Positions 60,397 through 64,000 of a stretch of DNA of 64,000 nt are shown in pieces. The DNA lies in NCBI RefSeq assembly GCF_000143415.4, contig NW_003314285.1:1205370-1269369 (forward strand), read 5' to 3'. The DNA is from Selaginella moellendorffii (taxonomy: Eukaryota > Plantae > Lycopodiophyta). Each line of letters starts with the position of its first letter. Positions within the stretch are counted from its first letter, which is position 1. The notes below the pieces were generated by a model, which saw nothing but the letters and a program-made list of their open reading frames with translations, did not search any database and was not told the DNA's origin. The position numbers and the translations under genes were made by a program.

Positions 60397-62529
60397 ATGG
60401 CCGGGGTGGGAGGAACAGGAAATTCATCCAAGAACAGGGAGATAGTTGTGAGGTTCCAAGACGCTGGATCCAAGCCCAGCGTGGCGCTCATCCTCGCGGC
60501 TCTCAAGGCATGTAGCAAATCCAGGAATGAGAAACTGGGTAGAGAGATCCACGCCGCGGCTCGCGAGAGTGGATTCATGGCGAATTCTTTCGTGGCGAGC
60601 TCTCTCATCGACATGTACGCCAAGTGTGGGAGGATGGCCGACGCGAGCAGTGTCTTCCACGGGATGGAGATCCACAGCATTGTCTCGTGGAATTCCCTCA
60701 TCCTTGGCTACGCCGAGAATCACCAGCCAGAGAGAGCGCTCCACCTCTACGATCGAATGCTGCGAGAGGAAAGCCTGGCTCCAAATCACGTCACGGATCT
60801 CGCTGCTCTCAAGGCCTGCGTGGTTCTCGCCAGGGAAGAAGACGCGCAGATCATCCATGGCCAGCCAGTGAAGATGAAAACTCTGGAGATAGTGATGAGG
60901 ATCCACTCTCGAGCTGCTAGAGCTGGATCAAGCGGGCAAGAAGAACTCCACATCTTCCTCGCCAACTTTTTGGTGGACGTTTACTCGAGGTGTGGCAGCG
61001 CGGGTGATTCTCGACGAGTTTTCGATGCGATCCAACACCGCAGTGTGGTTTCATGGACCTCGATGATTCTCGGCTATGCTGACAACCATCGCGGAGAGCT
61101 GGGCTTGGAGCTCTTCGAAGAGATGCGTCGCGCCGGCTGCTCGCAAAACCAAGTAACTTTTATCGCTGCGTTGAAAGCCTGCTCGAGCATGGCGGAGAGA
61201 GATCCCGGCGCGCTCGTCCACGGCAAGCTTGTCAAGCTCCAGGCCTTGGAAACTGGGATGAGTCTCCACTCTCGAGCCCAAGCAGCGGGACTTTGCAAGG
61301 ACTCGGTGGTGGCCAACACTTTGATCGACATGTACGCGAAGTGTGGAAGCATGGAGGATTCACGCAGAGTTTTCGACGCCATGCCGAGGAAGTGTGTCAT
61401 CTCCTGGACCGGGATGATCATGGGGTATGCTCTAAACGGTGACGGCGAGGTAGCTCTCGAGTTCGTCCGGCAAATGGACGATCATCACTGCCAGTCGAAT
61501 TACGTCACAGTTCTCGCTGCGATCAAGGCCTGTGTGTCTTTGGCGGAGAATGAGGCCGGGACGATGATCTTGGGCAGGATGGTGAAGACGAGTTCGTTGG
61601 AGATCGGACGAACTCTACACCGGCAAGCTCGAGAAAACGGTCACGAGAAAGAGATCTTCGTTGCCAACGCTCTCATCGACATGTACTCCAAGTGTGGCAG
61701 CCTCGAGGACGCGTTTAAGATGTTTTGGAGCATCCGTAGGCGAGACTCGGTGTCTTGGAGCTCGATCATCCAGGCCTGTGCTGACAATGGCGAGGACGAG
61801 CAAGCGCTCCATCTCTTTTCGACGATCCAGCGCGAGAAGAGAGTTGTGAGCCCCGCGATCTTTGTGGCGGCTCTAAAGTCCTGTGGAAATCTGGGAGCTC
61901 TCGAACGCGGAAGAACTCTCGAGCTAGAAATCACAAACGCGGGCCTCGCGAGAAATCCCATGGTGGCAAACTCTCTCGTTGGGGTGTACGGTCGGTGTGG
62001 CAGTACGGCCGACGCCCAGCGAGTGTTCGACTCCCTTCCGCCCCAATGCCGCGACCTGGTGACGTGGAATGCCCTCGTGGACGCGTACGGCCGCCACGGC
62101 GACACGGCCCAAGTAATGTCCATGTTTCACGCGATGCAGCACAGCCACGACCGTACGCTGTGGCCCAATTCCGTAACTTTCTTGCTTGCCTTGAGCGCTT
62201 GCTGCCATGCTGGCCTTGTGGACGAGGGCAAGACGCTCCTGGCCGCGATGATTCAAGAGAATCGAGTGATTCCGTCGATCAAGCACTATACCTGCGTGAT
62301 CGACCTGTTGGGCCGAGCTAATCGCTTGGAGGAGGCCGTGGAATTGGTGGAGCGATTGCCCTTCGAAGCGGATGCGGTGATCTGGACGTGTTTGATGGAT
62401 GCCGCGCACAAATTTGGGGATGATGGCGTTGGGAGGAGAGCATTTGATGCCGTGGCGAAGCTGGAGGCGCGATCGGCAACGTACGTGATGATGTCCAACA
62501 TCGTAGGAGCGGCAGCGCAAGAGCCCTAA
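60397..62529 (+). CDS. PLS-class PPR protein with a short E-type end, no DYW
   Basis: Repeated SLIDMYAKCG / VSWNSLI / AALKAC triplets; terminal HYTCVIDLLGRA..WTCLM..TYVMMSN. Confidence 0.95.
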   Translation: MAGVGGTGNSSKNREIVVRFQDAGSKPSVALILAALKACSKSRNEKLGREIHAAARESGFMANSFVASSLIDMYAKCGRMADASSVFHGMEIHSIVSWNSLILGYAENHQPERALHLYDRMLREESLAPNHVTDLAALKACVVLAREEDAQIIHGQPVKMKTLEIVMRIHSRAARAGSSGQEELHIFLANFLVDVYSRCGSAGDSRRVFDAIQHRSVVSWTSMILGYADNHRGELGLELFEEMRRAGCSQNQVTFIAALKACSSMAERDPGALVHGKLVKLQALETGMSLHSRAQAAGLCKDSVVANTLIDMYAKCGSMEDSRRVFDAMPRKCVISWTGMIMGYALNGDGEVALEFVRQMDDHHCQSNYVTVLAAIKACVSLAENEAGTMILGRMVKTSSLEIGRTLHRQARENGHEKEIFVANALIDMYSKCGSLEDAFKMFWSIRRRDSVSWSSIIQACADNGEDEQALHLFSTIQREKRVVSPAIFVAALKSCGNLGALERGRTLELEITNAGLARNPMVANSLVGVYGRCGSTADAQRVFDSLPPQCRDLVTWNALVDAYGRHGDTAQVMSMFHAMQHSHDRTLWPNSVTFLLALSACCHAGLVDEGKTLLAAMIQENRVIPSIKHYTCVIDLLGRANRLEEAVELVERLPFEADAVIWTCLMDAAHKFGDDGVGRRAFDAVAKLEARSATYVMMSNIVGAAAQEP

Positions 62530-62644
62530 ACAAGCTCTGTTTTTCCCGCTCGGGTTTGAATTTTAGGGTGGATATTCTGGCCGTTAGATTGGAGGGGATC
62601 CAAGGGTGATAACATCCCAGGGTTTTAGAAGCGTCTAGAGAGAA

Positions 62645-63854
62645 ATGGCTGCAGCTATGGCGCCCTCGTCGTTGATCGCCGCGAGGTCTTCCGCAATTCA
62701 GCTCAACGCGCCTTCTACTTCCACAAAAGTAAGCATTTTTATTGATTTCTCGCTCTTTGGCTTCTGGAGCATTCATAGATCTACTTTTTCTTGATTTTAC
62801 TGAGCTACATTCTATAAACTATGCTAGAAATCAAAAATTTTGTTCTCTTTGTTTGCTAATTCTTAGAGTTTTTCGTTTCCTTTCCTGATAAAATCGGATT
62901 TTTTCAGCTTATCTCGAGGAGCTGGACAGGCCTTCACATGGAAGCCGGAAGTTCATTGTCTGTGACAATTTCATCGCCCCACGCTACGAGGATAAGGAGT
63001 GGTTCTGTCCAAGTTAGAGCAGGAGTTACCGCAACAGCACCATCAAAGGTAAGAGAATTTGTCAAAACTTCCTCTCTTTTTTAATTCCTTTGGGGTTTTG
63101 CAGTTCAAGACTCTAAAACCTCTTGGAGATCGAGTGCTTGTCAAGATCCAAAAAGCAAATGAAACGACACCAGGTGGAATTTTACTGCCAGTGACATCAC
63201 AAACCAAGCCTCAGGGTGGAGAAGTTGTAGCAGTCGGATCAGGCAAGACCATTGCCGACAAGAAAATCGATCCTTGTGTCTCGGTAAAAAATGTTTTCGT
63301 TGGTGTTGCTGGTTTGTAACTTTGATCACAGATTGGTGACATGGTTGTCTACTCCAAGTACGCTGGAACCGAGGTCCAATTCGATGATGCCGAGCACGTC
63401 TTGCTCAAGGAGGACGACCTCATTGGTTTCTTGTCGACCGACGATATCAAAGACTTGAAGCCACTCAACGAGAGAGTCTTGATCAAGGTATGGAAGAACT
63501 TTTGGTATTTAAACCGCTAGAGCCTTTTTCTGTTCCTTCTTTACAGATAGCAGAGGCCGAGGACAAGACGTCCGGAGGTATCATCCTCACCGAAAATGCC
63601 AAAGAGAAGCCCGTCACTGGCACGGTACCAAACTGTCGTTTATCTTCTAGCTGGGGATTGATGCGAGCTTGTGTGTTTAGGCTGTCGCCGTTGGATCTGG
63701 AGCTTTCGGAGAGGATGGGGTGAAAAAGCCGCTAGATATTGCTCCAGGGAACTCGGTCATGTATTCCAAGTATGCTGGAAACGAGTTTAAGAGCAAAGAC
63801 GGGAGCGAGTATGTTGTGATCCGTGCATCGGACATTCTCGCAGTTTTGCCATAG
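62645..63854 (+). CDS. CPN20: Chloroplast 20 kDa co-chaperonin (tandem GroES domains), multi-exon
   Basis: Transit-peptide-like N-terminus. [37 protein letters not shown], then a second domain [38 protein letters not shown]. Confidence 0.93.
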
Positions 63855-64000
63855 CTAGCTCCCAAGGATTGAAACAAAAACCAATCAATTTTATTCTGGG
63901 AAAAAAAACAACTAGAATCAAGAGGTAAAAGTCTTGTTCCATTTACAACGATGCTAGATCTTCGTCTACGTAAATACACCCGAAACAGTAGCAAACTAGG

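Overview
Eukaryotic land-plant genomic DNA, most likely a Selaginella-type lycophyte (inferred from 45-65 bp GT-AG introns, tight gene packing and PPR genes made of long runs of 31-aa motifs). Two gene-dense, GC-balanced flanks surround a ~35 kb AT-rich block of nested LTR retrotransposons (~20.5-55.6 kb). Left flank (1-20.3 kb): subtilase, NTF2-like gene, SMP/C2 synaptotagmin-like gene, PWWP gene, PPR, an unusual UBC-domain gene, DUF688, GH5 mannanase and an FLX-WW-RRM fusion. Right flank (57.6-64 kb): nucleotide-diphospho-sugar transferase, tubulin cofactor C, PPR and CPN20. The transposon block holds a young chromovirus with a self-priming signature and a -1 frameshift cassette, inside a four-level insertion stack whose inner three layers have target-site duplications (TSDs). 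The main discovery is not recovered by the ORF track. At 56455-57447 (+) an intact five-exon gene of roughly 20% GC encodes a signal peptide, a 21-residue four-cysteine peptide and a complete Hedgehog-type Hog domain (Hint plus sterol-recognition-like region). It is a candidate self-cleaving, possibly sterol-modified secreted peptide system in a plant. All family assignments come from motif recognition; no searches were run.
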